Positions 28,848 through 38,540 of a stretch of 64,000 nucleotides of DNA are shown in pieces. This DNA comes from Promethearchaeota archaeon (GTDB taxonomy: Archaea > Asgardarchaeota > Lokiarchaeia > Sigyniarchaeales > SOKP01): NCBI GenBank assembly GCA_019058295.1, contig JAHPZI010000006.1, forward strand, positions 1 through 64,000, in the 5' to 3' direction. Each line of letters starts with the position of its first letter. Within the stretch, counting starts at the first letter, position 1. The notes under the pieces are model-generated. The model made no database searches, was not told where the DNA came from, and was given only the letters and a program-made list of their open reading frames with translations. The position numbers and the translations under genes were made by a program.

Positions 28848-30014
28848 ATGATGAGTAAACTAAAGTCTATTACTATACCACCAAGCCAAGAAGAATTATC
28901 TAATCGCTTGGATAAGTTAAGGATTTTAATGGCCCAACAAAATTTAGATTATTATGTCTCATTCGATCCAGTAAATATATATTACCTTACTAATTTTGCT
29001 AATTATGTCCATGAGCGTCCTTTTATTTTGGTGATACCAAAAGCGGGCACTCCAAAAATGATGGTCCCGCTATTAGAAAAAGTTCATATTGAGACACGAG
29101 CTCGATGTGAATTAGATTATATAAGCTATTACGAGTTTCCTGCTCCTGAGGGTAAGAATTGGTATGACTACTATGGCACTCTGATTGAGGATAACGCCCG
29201 TGTCGGAATAGAATCAGCCATGCCTATTGGAATCGCTGAAAAAACAACCGGAAAAAAAATCGTAACAGATATTATCGAAGAGGTGCGCCTTATAAAATCT
29301 GATTATGAGATTGGGCGAACTATTCATGCCTGCCGTATAGTGAATAAGGGTCATAAAGTCTTGTTAAAGGTTTGTAGGCCTGGGGTATTGGAATTTGCTA
29401 TATACCAAGAAACCACTGGCGCAATGATAAAGAAAATAGTAGCAGATCTTCCTAATGCCAATATGATAGTTACTAGACTTGTAGGAGCTGTTTGGCCACC
29501 AAAAATCTCTCACGATCCTCATAAAGTTCCAACTATTTTTCAAGAGATGGAAGATGGAGGACCTCATGTTTCAATTGTGAGTGGTCAAATAGATGGGTAC
29601 GGAGTAGAGGTTGAAAGAACTTTTTTTTTAGGATTTATTCCTGAGAAAGCAAAGTCTCCATTCGAAGTCATGCTTGAAGCCAGAGCTTTAGCTTATGAAC
29701 TCGCAAAGCCTGGTACTGTGATGAGCGAGATTGACAAGGCAGTGCGGAAGCTCATAAATGATCGGGGATATGGTGATTATATCATCCACCGCACGGGGCA
29801 TGGTTTAGGAATCACCGGCCACGAAGCACCATATATTGCTGAAGGATATGATCGGAAACTAGAACCTGGCATGATAGTTAGTATTGAACCTGGGATCTAC
29901 ATACCTGGCATAGGTGGTTTTAGGCACTCTGACAGTGTATTAATAACAGATGATGGAAATAAGAAACTCACTCGGGCACCTGAAGAACTTGATGATGTTA
30001 TAATATCCCTTTAA
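28848..30014 (+). CDS. M24-family (Xaa-Pro peptidase/creatinase-like) protein
   Basis: Creatinase_N-like NIYYLTNF; HRTGHGLG..HEAP, SIEPGIY..GFRHSD. Confidence 0.9.
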   Translation: MMSKLKSITIPPSQEELSNRLDKLRILMAQQNLDYYVSFDPVNIYYLTNFANYVHERPFILVIPKAGTPKMMVPLLEKVHIETRARCELDYISYYEFPAPEGKNWYDYYGTLIEDNARVGIESAMPIGIAEKTTGKKIVTDIIEEVRLIKSDYEIGRTIHACRIVNKGHKVLLKVCRPGVLEFAIYQETTGAMIKKIVADLPNANMIVTRLVGAVWPPKISHDPHKVPTIFQEMEDGGPHVSIVSGQIDGYGVEVERTFFLGFIPEKAKSPFEVMLEARALAYELAKPGTVMSEIDKAVRKLINDRGYGDYIIHRTGHGLGITGHEAPYIAEGYDRKLEPGMIVSIEPGIYIPGIGGFRHSDSVLITDDGNKKLTRAPEELDDVIISL

Positions 30015-30019
30015 AGATA

Positions 30020-30523
30020 TTAAACTCCAATTTCTTGGATTTTAGACTTAATCTCCTTATCAATAGTAATGATTCCGAATGAAGCTGATTGACCATCTTC
30101 TAAATATCCTTTTCCTGGATTAACTAGTAATATATTACCTTGATTTCTAATATCTGGTTCATGAGTATGCCCAAAAATAATGGCATCCACATTTTTATTC
30201 CTGAATTTTGCCATTGCTCTTTTTAATGTATATTTTTCAAGCCCTCCAACAGCAGGATGAGTAATTCCTATCCTTTTTCCTTTTATCTCAAGGATTTGTT
30301 TAGATGGAACCATCTTTCTAATAGCTTGAGGATCGGTATTACCATATACTCCTTTAAATTGCTGCCCCTTGAGTCTTATCAAGCCATCTAAGACATTTTT
30401 AGAAGTATAATCACCTACATGGATCACATAATCTGCTTTTCGTATAGCTTTCAGCATTTCCTTAGGTAATTTTTCAAAAGTAAGAGCATGAGTATCTCCT
30501 ATTATAACTATTTCAACAGACAT
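30020..30523 (-). CDS. YfcE/MJ0936-family metallophosphoesterase
   Basis: GDTH, HVGD, GNTD, GHTH, NPG. Confidence 0.88.
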   Translation of the reverse strand: MSVEIVIIGDTHALTFEKLPKEMLKAIRKADYVIHVGDYTSKNVLDGLIRLKGQQFKGVYGNTDPQAIRKMVPSKQILEIKGKRIGITHPAVGGLEKYTLKRAMAKFRNKNVDAIIFGHTHEPDIRNQGNILLVNPGKGYLEDGQSASFGIITIDKEIKSKIQEIGV

Positions 30524-31030
30524 TTATTCAATTATTCTTTTAATTTTATCCATATCTTTTCTAGGAGTTGCTCTTGGGATATCTCCTCTTATGTAGCCCA
30601 TTGGTAAAATAGTTAAAAGAAAATCATATCCAGCAACCCCTAAAATAGTTTTCGCTTTTTCCCGATCGATAGAACCAACCCAACAAGTGCCAATACCTAA
30701 AGCCCATGCCATTAGCATCATATGCATAGAGACTAGGGTAGTGTCTTGTATATACCACTGAGGATTTTCATCGATTTTACCTACTATAGCTATAACCACT
30801 GGAGCTTGACTAATAAAACGCCCATATGGGGCAATACTTGCCAATCTACTTATTATGTCTTTATTTTTTATGACAATAAATTCCCATGGTTGTATATTAG
30901 AGGCTGAAGGAGAGGCTCTCCCCGCTTCCAAAATCATTTCGATCTCTTCGTCGGGAATGGGTGTGTCTTTAAAACTTCGAATGCTTCTTCTTTCTTTCAA
31001 AAAATCTAACAAGTCTTTTGGATTTATCAT
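30524..31030 (-). CDS. Nitroreductase-family protein
   Basis: RRSIRSF, ASPSASNIQPWEF, GIGTCWV. Confidence 0.92.
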   Translation of the reverse strand: MINPKDLLDFLKERRSIRSFKDTPIPDEEIEMILEAGRASPSASNIQPWEFIVIKNKDIISRLASIAPYGRFISQAPVVIAIVGKIDENPQWYIQDTTLVSMHMMLMAWALGIGTCWVGSIDREKAKTILGVAGYDFLLTILPMGYIRGDIPRATPRKDMDKIKRIIE

Positions 31031-31103
31031 AATATATGTGTTCAATATTTATTTGTGTTATAATAATTAATTTAACAATTATAATGTAAAATAAATTCTT
31101 AAC

Positions 31104-31427
31104 TTATTTATAGAAATCTTTTTTAAATAATACCCGTAATTCCTCTATTTTTTCTCTTAATAATGGCCCTGCAGCAGCTGTCGCTGGTCCAATAGATCCG
31201 TGCCCAATTCTTTGATTTAACCAATCTTCCGTTTCTTTTAAGATGGTATCTTTTTCTTTTGGATTTCTTTCCCATCTCCACATGGCAAACTTAATTAGTT
31301 CATCAGCAACAAGTTTTAATTCTTTTAATTTATCATTAATGTAGCTAGATGTATGATTCTGTATTGAATTGACGGTTTGGAACTTCTGATTTTCAATAGG
31401 AAGTTTATCGTGATCTTTCTTTTTCAT
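31104..31427 (-). CDS. Hypothetical protein
   Basis: 107-aa ORF filling the gap on the same strand as its neighbours. Confidence 0.55.
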   Translation of the reverse strand: MKKKDHDKLPIENQKFQTVNSIQNHTSSYINDKLKELKLVADELIKFAMWRWERNPKEKDTILKETEDWLNQRIGHGSIGPATAAAGPLLREKIEELRVLFKKDFYK

Positions 31428-31519
31428 AATTTTATTTAAAACTTATTAAAATATTAATATTATTTAGATCCATTCTTTTAAAAAAAATAACTCTGGAATA
31501 ATTTGAAAAATCTAAATGG

Positions 31520-32797
31520 TTAAGAGTTAGAATTATGATTTTTTTTTATAAAGTAATCTGATTCAAGATTGGGATATATTTTCTTTTTCCTGCCTGACTT
31601 TTTTATATTGATTAAATCAAGCTCGGCCAATTTTTTTATATGATAATAGGTGGTTTTATGATCTACTTTAAATCTCTTTGTTATTAGATTATTCCAAATT
31701 CCAGGTTCTTTTTCAATCATTTCCAATATTTCTAATGATAATTTGCTTTTACTGAGCTTTAGATCTATATTGGAAATTGGATTTTTTTGATAATAGGGAA
31801 AATATGCAATATAATTTGCAATTCTTTTTTTTCCTATAATTTTATATGTTTCTAATATATCAAGATGCCATACTAGATTTCCAGCAGCAAGCTCAGTTTT
31901 CCTCAATAATTCATTAAAATGAATTCCTGGTTCCTCTAATATTAAATCTATTATTTTATTTCGATTTTCGTTTTCTAAAACTTCTTCCAATGTTAAACGA
32001 TGAGCTCCTTTGGAATATGAAGTAGTTCTTGTCTTTAAATAATGAATATAATCCTTTTTTGAAATTAAAATTACTAAAGAGATAATTCCTATAGAAAATA
32101 TGATTAATGTCCATATCCATACATAAGACCAATAACTAACTTCGTAAATTGTTATATAATAGTCTGTATCTGCTTCAAGCTCTTTAATGCTAGTTTTCAA
32201 GTAAGTTTCTGAATTTGATTCATCAACTTTCTCCTCTGTATCAACTAATTCCCACGAATCTTCATCTTCTTCATATATTGCTATTGAATATTCTATAAGG
32301 GGGTCCAAACCATAGTTACTATCTTTTATGAATTCTAATTTTATTTTTTCAATTGAAGAGTTAGATTTTATAAGATAAATACATTTATATTGAGATCTTA
32401 ACTCAAAATCTCCGTTTTTTGGTTCTTTTGGAGTTTTTGATAATCCAAAACTTTCCATACTTCGTTCTGATTTTATTTCGACAGAGATAGGCTTATTACT
32501 ATAATCATTATTAATAATATCAAGAGATACTTCACGATTTTCGATTTTTTTATCATATTCAATATCAAGATGAATAAGCACATCTGTACTGATTTGTAAC
32601 CTGTTATTATTCGAAAAAAGATAAGATTTTGATTCACCAGGATTTATTTCTCCTTTTTTTGAATATCCAGAAATATAAGTGTCTTTTCTTGCGAATCCAA
32701 TAGAAATTAATAAACTAAATTCTAGAAGAATAATAGTTAAAAGTAAAAAACAAAATCCACGTTTTTTCCATTTATTAGTTATTGATATAAATACCAA
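31520..32797 (-). CDS. Transmembrane transcriptional regulator: signal/TM, ectodomain, TM, tandem winged HTH (COG3398-like)
   Basis: VLENENRNKIIDLILEEPGIHFNELLR...GNLVWHLDILE and EMIEKEPGIWN...TTYYHIKKL follow a TM helix (WIWTLIIFSIGIISLVILIS). Confidence 0.85.
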   Translation of the reverse strand: MVFISITNKWKKRGFCFLLLTIILLEFSLLISIGFARKDTYISGYSKKGEINPGESKSYLFSNNNRLQISTDVLIHLDIEYDKKIENREVSLDIINNDYSNKPISVEIKSERSMESFGLSKTPKEPKNGDFELRSQYKCIYLIKSNSSIEKIKLEFIKDSNYGLDPLIEYSIAIYEEDEDSWELVDTEEKVDESNSETYLKTSIKELEADTDYYITIYEVSYWSYVWIWTLIIFSIGIISLVILISKKDYIHYLKTRTTSYSKGAHRLTLEEVLENENRNKIIDLILEEPGIHFNELLRKTELAAGNLVWHLDILETYKIIGKKRIANYIAYFPYYQKNPISNIDLKLSKSKLSLEILEMIEKEPGIWNNLITKRFKVDHKTTYYHIKKLAELDLINIKKSGRKKKIYPNLESDYFIKKNHNSNS

Positions 32798-32878
32798 CTA
32801 TTATCAGTCCTTTTTTCAATAAATTTAATATAGAAAAAAAAAAATTTTAATATTAATTAAAAAAAATATCTCTGGTCT

Positions 32879-33571
32879 TTATTTTCTTCTTTTTATTATT
32901 ATAACAGCAACCCCAATTATAATTGCAGCTCCGATTCCAACTCCAATCAAAATTATTAAAGTGTAATCTGTCTCAGGTACTAATATAGTCCAAGTTGAAA
33001 AATGATCAGTTTCACATTCTAAATTTCCATCTTCACTAGTCGTTTCAACAGGAACCCATTCTTCATCTTCTTCGTCATAATAAGCCCATGTACCACCTTT
33101 ATTCTGTTCGGTTTCTTGAATACTTAATTTTGCATCACAATCTTCCGTACATTCAATATCGGCAACAAAACCTTCTTGATACCTATATCGTACGCGATTA
33201 CGTGCTTCAATAATATTACCCTTTCTAAGTCCCTTTGAATTTTCTTCTTCTTTACAGTTCATAGTCATGTTAAAAGCTCTATCAGCCTCGACTTCAATTT
33301 CAAAATCTTTATCTCCGATTCTTTCACCATCACATTTTATATCCAAATTAGCGGGTTTATTTGCTTCGAATGTTACTTTTGTTTTTTCCTCGAAACGAAA
33401 CCTTATTTGATTTTCAGCCATTACATAATATTGAATCCTTTCACCATCATCTATATCAACTTTCTCATCGTCTTTAGCCGCTGCTACATCTTCAACATTA
33501 TATAACATAAACCCAGATATAAATGATGATACCAGAAATAACCCAAATAAAATTTTACTCATTTGTGTCAT
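32879..33571 (-). CDS. Single-pass surface protein with juxtamembrane GPS/GAIN-like HFS motif
   Basis: Signal peptide; WAYYD....EW.......LECETDHFSTWTIL immediately before a C-terminal TM and KRRK. Confidence 0.8.
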   Translation of the reverse strand: MTQMSKILFGLFLVSSFISGFMLYNVEDVAAAKDDEKVDIDDGERIQYYVMAENQIRFRFEEKTKVTFEANKPANLDIKCDGERIGDKDFEIEVEADRAFNMTMNCKEEENSKGLRKGNIIEARNRVRYRYQEGFVADIECTEDCDAKLSIQETEQNKGGTWAYYDEEDEEWVPVETTSEDGNLECETDHFSTWTILVPETDYTLIILIGVGIGAAIIIGVAVIIIKRRK

Positions 33572-33633
33572 TTTTTTTTATCACTCAAATTTGTTCTAAA
33601 AAAATAAAATTGATTTGGTTTAAAAAGGCTTAA

Positions 33634-33646
33634 GGAATAATTTTCC
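33634..33646. promoter_or_regulatory. Candidate palindromic operator GGAA-N5-TTCC upstream of the TATA-like box of the 32879..33571 gene
   Basis: ggaataattttcc; on the minus strand it is followed after 7 nt by TTTTTAAA. Confidence 0.3.
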
Positions 33647-33747
33647 CCATATATAGGTTTAAATTTTCATTTGAGAGAATAATTAAATTAATATTTGAGG
33701 ATTAAATTTATAGTTTACATGTAAAGCGATTTATTTGTGAAAAAGTT

Positions 33748-35154
33748 ATGACCGAAAGATCTGAAGGAAATAAAGCTCTTTTTGAGCATAGAATATTATC
33801 TACAGGACAAGCAATAGCTTATGGTTTACCAATGGCCGGGTTGCAGGCAATATTGGGAATCCTGGTAAGTTTTACTCTGCTTTTTTATATCGAGATTATG
33901 GGGCAACCCCCAATTGTAGTAGGAGGCATTTTTTCGGCGGGATTAGTTATTTATGCGATTATGTGTATAATAGGTGGGGCAATAGCAGATAAAATCGGAA
34001 AAAAGAAAGTTATGTTAGTTTCTGGACCAATAATGGCAATCACCTTCATATTTATCTGGATACCCCCCATACCTGGTACAAATTTTGGTCAAATTTATAT
34101 TCCCTTAATAATATGGTTTATAATTTTTCTATTTTTGTTTCGAATAATGATTGCAGCTTTTCAATCTTCATTGTTAGCTCTCTTACCAGTGCTCAGCACT
34201 GAGGAGAAAAATAGAGTTAAAGTTAGCATGATTAATATGCTAATGACGATTTTAGGAATAGTGATTGGGATAGTGGGTCCCTTCATTCTAATGAGTAATG
34301 CAACTCAAAATCTTTCCAGAGAAGATCCTAATTTATATTATAAAGATTCTCCTTCCGGTCAAGCAATATATTCTGAAATTTTTTTCTTTGTTATATTGAT
34401 TGGAATTTTTTTCTTAGTACTTATGACTCTGATGATGCTCAAAATAAAAGAACCGAAGAAGAAAAATACAGAGCAAACAGGATTTAAAGAAATTTTAAGA
34501 GAGCTTTTTGAACCTTTAAAAGATAAAAACTATAGAAGATGGTTAATTACATTTTTTATATTTTGGGTACCCTTTATAGCTTTTGAATTTTTAGCCGTAA
34601 ATTTAGCTACATTTGTATTGGATTTGAGAGGGATAGAATTTTTAATTGCGATATTGATTGGGTTTATTTCAACGATCTTTTCATTTGTAATCTGGCAAAA
34701 AATTTCGCAGAAATTTTCGCTGAAGAAGACATTCACTATTTGTTTAATCCTTTCTAGTATATCGTTCTCTCTAATATTAATCTTAACAATACCTATGACA
34801 CATCAATTAATGTTTATATTTGGCCTCAGTATAATATGCCTCTGTTTTTGCTGCTTGGTGGGAACGATGACTTTTCCATCAGCAATAACGGGAGATCTTA
34901 TTGATTCTGCGGAATCAAAAGCTGGTGGAAAATCATTGAGCGGAACGTATTCAGGAGCATATATAATGATAGGATCGTTCGCCGCTGCTCTTTCTATTCT
35001 AATTATATCAATTATTTTGCAATTATTTGGTCCAGAATCACCGATGTCCTATGCGTTAATATTATCTGTAGTTGGCACTGGTTTAATTTTAATTGCTGTA
35101 ATCATCTTTCAGAAAGTTCCAATAGTAGGGACAGAGGAAAGACAGAAACAATAA
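33748..35154 (+). CDS. MFS transporter, glycoside-pentoside-hexuronide (MelB-like) family
   Basis: About 12 TM; GAIADKIGKK, GDLIDSAE..G.Y.G. Confidence 0.85.
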   Translation: MTERSEGNKALFEHRILSTGQAIAYGLPMAGLQAILGILVSFTLLFYIEIMGQPPIVVGGIFSAGLVIYAIMCIIGGAIADKIGKKKVMLVSGPIMAITFIFIWIPPIPGTNFGQIYIPLIIWFIIFLFLFRIMIAAFQSSLLALLPVLSTEEKNRVKVSMINMLMTILGIVIGIVGPFILMSNATQNLSREDPNLYYKDSPSGQAIYSEIFFFVILIGIFFLVLMTLMMLKIKEPKKKNTEQTGFKEILRELFEPLKDKNYRRWLITFFIFWVPFIAFEFLAVNLATFVLDLRGIEFLIAILIGFISTIFSFVIWQKISQKFSLKKTFTICLILSSISFSLILILTIPMTHQLMFIFGLSIICLCFCCLVGTMTFPSAITGDLIDSAESKAGGKSLSGTYSGAYIMIGSFAAALSILIISIILQLFGPESPMSYALILSVVGTGLILIAVIIFQKVPIVGTEERQKQ

Positions 35155-35165
35155 AAATTATAAAT

Positions 35166-36584
35166 TTAAATTTTACCTTGTTTTTTTAGATGTTTAATAT
35201 ATTCTTTTTCCTTCTCATCGTGTATTTTTTTAAGTTCTGATTTTTGCTTGTCCCATTCTGGACCATCTAAAGGGAAAAATATCATAATAACTGCGCTAAA
35301 CAGAACAAATATCGCAGGTATTAATGTTAATGCTACCATTATTCCAATTTGTGCATTTATTGATTGTGTTTGTGCTTTTGCTTGAAAGCCGAAATACACA
35401 ATCACAAATAAAAACATCCAGTTTGCAATTGAGACTGCTGGTTTTTCAATTACAGCATTCATTCCACCATAACTTGTTTCTCTACGCTTACCAGTGCGAG
35501 TTTCGTCAAAATCTATAACATCAGCCATTATAGCTGGTTTTAAAAGAAGTAACGCTGAAAAACCAATTCCCAATAAAAGTAATGGAACTATTGCAGTTAA
35601 TAAAGACCAACCTAAGAAAAAGAAGCTGATAGAGATTACACCAGTAAATGCAAGGCCAAATATATATAATTTTTTTAATCCATATTTTCCAGACAATTTG
35701 GCGAAAATGGGAGTAAATATGAATGCCATTAAAAGAACAAGAAATAGAGGAACAATCGTTAAAAATCCACTCAAATTCAAAACATAAGAAACATAGTAAA
35801 AAATCCCTGTCGTCAAAATTGTTTGAGCTAAAAGGAAAGAAAAATTACTAATTTCATATTTTATAAATGGTCGATTTTTGAGTGTTTCTTTTATAGTATC
35901 TATAAATCCTAATGGTTCTTCAAGTTGAGTATAAAGATTTTCTTTTAAGAAAAAGCTACTTAGAAAAATAATAAAAGCACATATTATTCCAATGAAAATC
36001 ATTGCAATTAAGAACACTGGATTAACATTGGTAGATTTATCACCTGTTAGAAGAAACACTGGCATTATAAATGAGAAAATTAATGCTAGGCCCCCGAGAA
36101 CTACACCATAAGTCACGACCTCAGTTCTAGCTTTTTGTGTGATTGCCATTTCTGCAGGTAAGGCAAATCCAATAAGACCTATTATTGTAAATAACGTATC
36201 AAATAACATAAGTACAATTAAAAGATTTAAAAACAGCCCGAATTCATCATTCCTATCAACAAAAGGAAACCAACAAATAATAAATAAAATCCCAATAATC
36301 GGAGCTCCAAAGCGAACATAGGGAATTCTTCTTCCATATTTTTGAGATTTTGTACGATCTTGTATATAACCAAAAAGAGGATCATTTATCGTATTCCAAA
36401 TAGCAAAGATTAACCAAGCGATTCCAATTAATGCGGCACTCAATCCTAGTTTAACATTATAATAAAATGTTATACTAGAAAATGCTATTCCCGATAAAAC
36501 TCCATTACCTGCATTAAGAGCACCATAAGCTAATTTTGCTTTTCTTGGAATATATTCTTCAAAAGTTTCATTCTTAGAACTCAA
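35166..36584 (-). CDS. MFS transporter, glycoside-pentoside-hexuronide (MelB-like) family
   Basis: NDPLFGYIQDRTKS.KYGRRIPY, MADVIDFDETRTGKRRE. Confidence 0.9.
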   Translation of the reverse strand: MSSKNETFEEYIPRKAKLAYGALNAGNGVLSGIAFSSITFYYNVKLGLSAALIGIAWLIFAIWNTINDPLFGYIQDRTKSQKYGRRIPYVRFGAPIIGILFIICWFPFVDRNDEFGLFLNLLIVLMLFDTLFTIIGLIGFALPAEMAITQKARTEVVTYGVVLGGLALIFSFIMPVFLLTGDKSTNVNPVFLIAMIFIGIICAFIIFLSSFFLKENLYTQLEEPLGFIDTIKETLKNRPFIKYEISNFSFLLAQTILTTGIFYYVSYVLNLSGFLTIVPLFLVLLMAFIFTPIFAKLSGKYGLKKLYIFGLAFTGVISISFFFLGWSLLTAIVPLLLLGIGFSALLLLKPAIMADVIDFDETRTGKRRETSYGGMNAVIEKPAVSIANWMFLFVIVYFGFQAKAQTQSINAQIGIMVALTLIPAIFVLFSAVIMIFFPLDGPEWDKQKSELKKIHDEKEKEYIKHLKKQGKI

Positions 36585-36719
36585 TTTATATCCTCTTTTA
36601 TTGCCTTTAATTTTGTATTTTTAGTTTTAAACAATTAATTTAAATATAAATAGATTCATATATTTATAATTTAATTTATTGATTTTTAAGTTCTTATCAC
36701 ACTTGATTCTTGATTTTCT

Positions 36720-38369
36720 ATGAATATTTTAATAAAAAATGGAAATATTGTTGATGGTACTGGTTCTCCGGGATATAAATCTGATGTTTATATTAAAAAT
36801 AATAGAATTGAAAAGATTGGATTGAACCTGGAAGAAGAGGACTGTGAATTAATTGATGCGTCTAATAAAGTTGTCTCTCCTGGATTTATCGATATGCATT
36901 CTCACGGGGATCTTACGATATTAGAAGTAAACAAAGCTGAAGCAACTGTCATGCAAGGAGTTACAACTCTCGTAGTTGGAATGTGTGGGATAGGTCTTGC
37001 CCCTGCTAACGATAAAGTTCGAGAATATTATTCAAATTTGGTGGAAAATTTGTTTGGTTCAAGTAGATTACAATTATTTGATACTATTCAAGAATATATG
37101 GACGTAATAGAGAAAAAAGGAATTTCTACAAACCTAGCATTTTTTATACCGCATGGAAATGTACGAGCGAGTATAATGGGAATGGATGACCGCCCTGCTA
37201 CGCCAGCAGAATTAGAGGAAATGAAAAATATCATTAAAAGAGAATTAGAAGCTGGGGCTTTTGGTATGAGTACGGGTTTAATATATCCTCCTGGATCCAT
37301 AACATCTACAAAAGAAATTATTGAACTTTGCAAGGTTGTAAGTCAATACGGAGGTATTTACGACTCTCATATAAGAAACGAAGGGACCAAAATCTTAGAA
37401 GAGAGCGAAGGCATGGGTGAATTCATTAAAATTGTAAGAGAAGCAAATATTCAAGGTGAGATATCTCATTGGAAAGCTTCCGGTAATCTCGCATGGAAAT
37501 TAACTCCTAAGATGATTAAAATAGTAGAAAATGCGAGAAATGAAGGTCTTAAAATTTACGCAGATGTTTATCCTTATGAGGAGAGTTCTACTAGTTTGGC
37601 AGGATTTTTATTAAAACCTTGGGTTTTTAAAAATTTTAAAGAAAATTTAACTAATCCAAATACTAGACAAAAAATCATAGATGAAACAATTGATATGTTA
37701 ACCTCTACATTTTTAACTGACCTCACATCTAAAATGCAAGAAATCCCTACAACTAAAATTATAGAGCTTATGTTCAATTTTTTAAAAGATGGCGTAAGGA
37801 TAATCAGTGTTTTGCATAATCATAAAATGGAGGGGAAATTTTTAAACGATGCTTTGGAAATTCTTTATCCAAAAAAAGAAATAGCTGAAGCTTTATTGGA
37901 TTTCATTAGAGATGAGGAAGGGTCGATTATGGTTTCTTTTAAAGGAATGAACGAGAGAAAGAGCATTCTATCTTTATTCAAGCAAGATTTTGTATGTATT
38001 GGCTCTGATGGTTTTTTAGTTTTAGAAGGTAATACCCATCCACGAGCCTATGGATGTTTTCCAAAAATCTTGGCAAGGTACGTCAGAGAAAAGAAAATTG
38101 TATCATTAGAAGAAGGAATTAGAAAAATGACCTCATTAACCGCATCAATTTTGGGATTGAAAGACAGAGGGATTATCAGAGAAAATTACAAGGCAGATCT
38201 CGTAATATTTAATCCTATTGAAATAAAAGATAAAGCTACTTATCAAAACGGGCGTCAATTTCCAGACGGGATAGATTATGTCATTGTAAATGGAGAAATC
38301 ACTGTTAAAAATGAAAAACATTTAGGAGTACTAAATGGTCAAATTTTAAAGCACAGAAATAACGATTAA
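36720..38369 (+). CDS. N-acyl-D-amino-acid deacylase (D-aminoacylase family)
   Basis: PGFIDMHSHGD, GVTT..GMCG, STGLIYPPG, HIRNEG, GSDG, HPRAYGCFP. Confidence 0.92.
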   Translation: MNILIKNGNIVDGTGSPGYKSDVYIKNNRIEKIGLNLEEEDCELIDASNKVVSPGFIDMHSHGDLTILEVNKAEATVMQGVTTLVVGMCGIGLAPANDKVREYYSNLVENLFGSSRLQLFDTIQEYMDVIEKKGISTNLAFFIPHGNVRASIMGMDDRPATPAELEEMKNIIKRELEAGAFGMSTGLIYPPGSITSTKEIIELCKVVSQYGGIYDSHIRNEGTKILEESEGMGEFIKIVREANIQGEISHWKASGNLAWKLTPKMIKIVENARNEGLKIYADVYPYEESSTSLAGFLLKPWVFKNFKENLTNPNTRQKIIDETIDMLTSTFLTDLTSKMQEIPTTKIIELMFNFLKDGVRIISVLHNHKMEGKFLNDALEILYPKKEIAEALLDFIRDEEGSIMVSFKGMNERKSILSLFKQDFVCIGSDGFLVLEGNTHPRAYGCFPKILARYVREKKIVSLEEGIRKMTSLTASILGLKDRGIIRENYKADLVIFNPIEIKDKATYQNGRQFPDGIDYVIVNGEITVKNEKHLGVLNGQILKHRNND

Positions 38370-38540
38370 GAACATTGTTTTGTTTTGTTTTGTTTTTTTT
38401 AACTAAAGTATAAATATTTTAATTGGTATCAAAATATTATTAAATTATATTTTCAATAAAATATTATTAAATAAATTCGAATATAATTTATTGTAATTTG
38501 TATTTGAACCTTATATCAAATCTAAAAAAACTGATTAATA

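Noticed and set aside
30020-30523. Vps29 retromer subunit
   Set aside because: Motifs fit the widespread YfcE/MJ0936 phosphoesterases; nothing Vps29-specific is visible.
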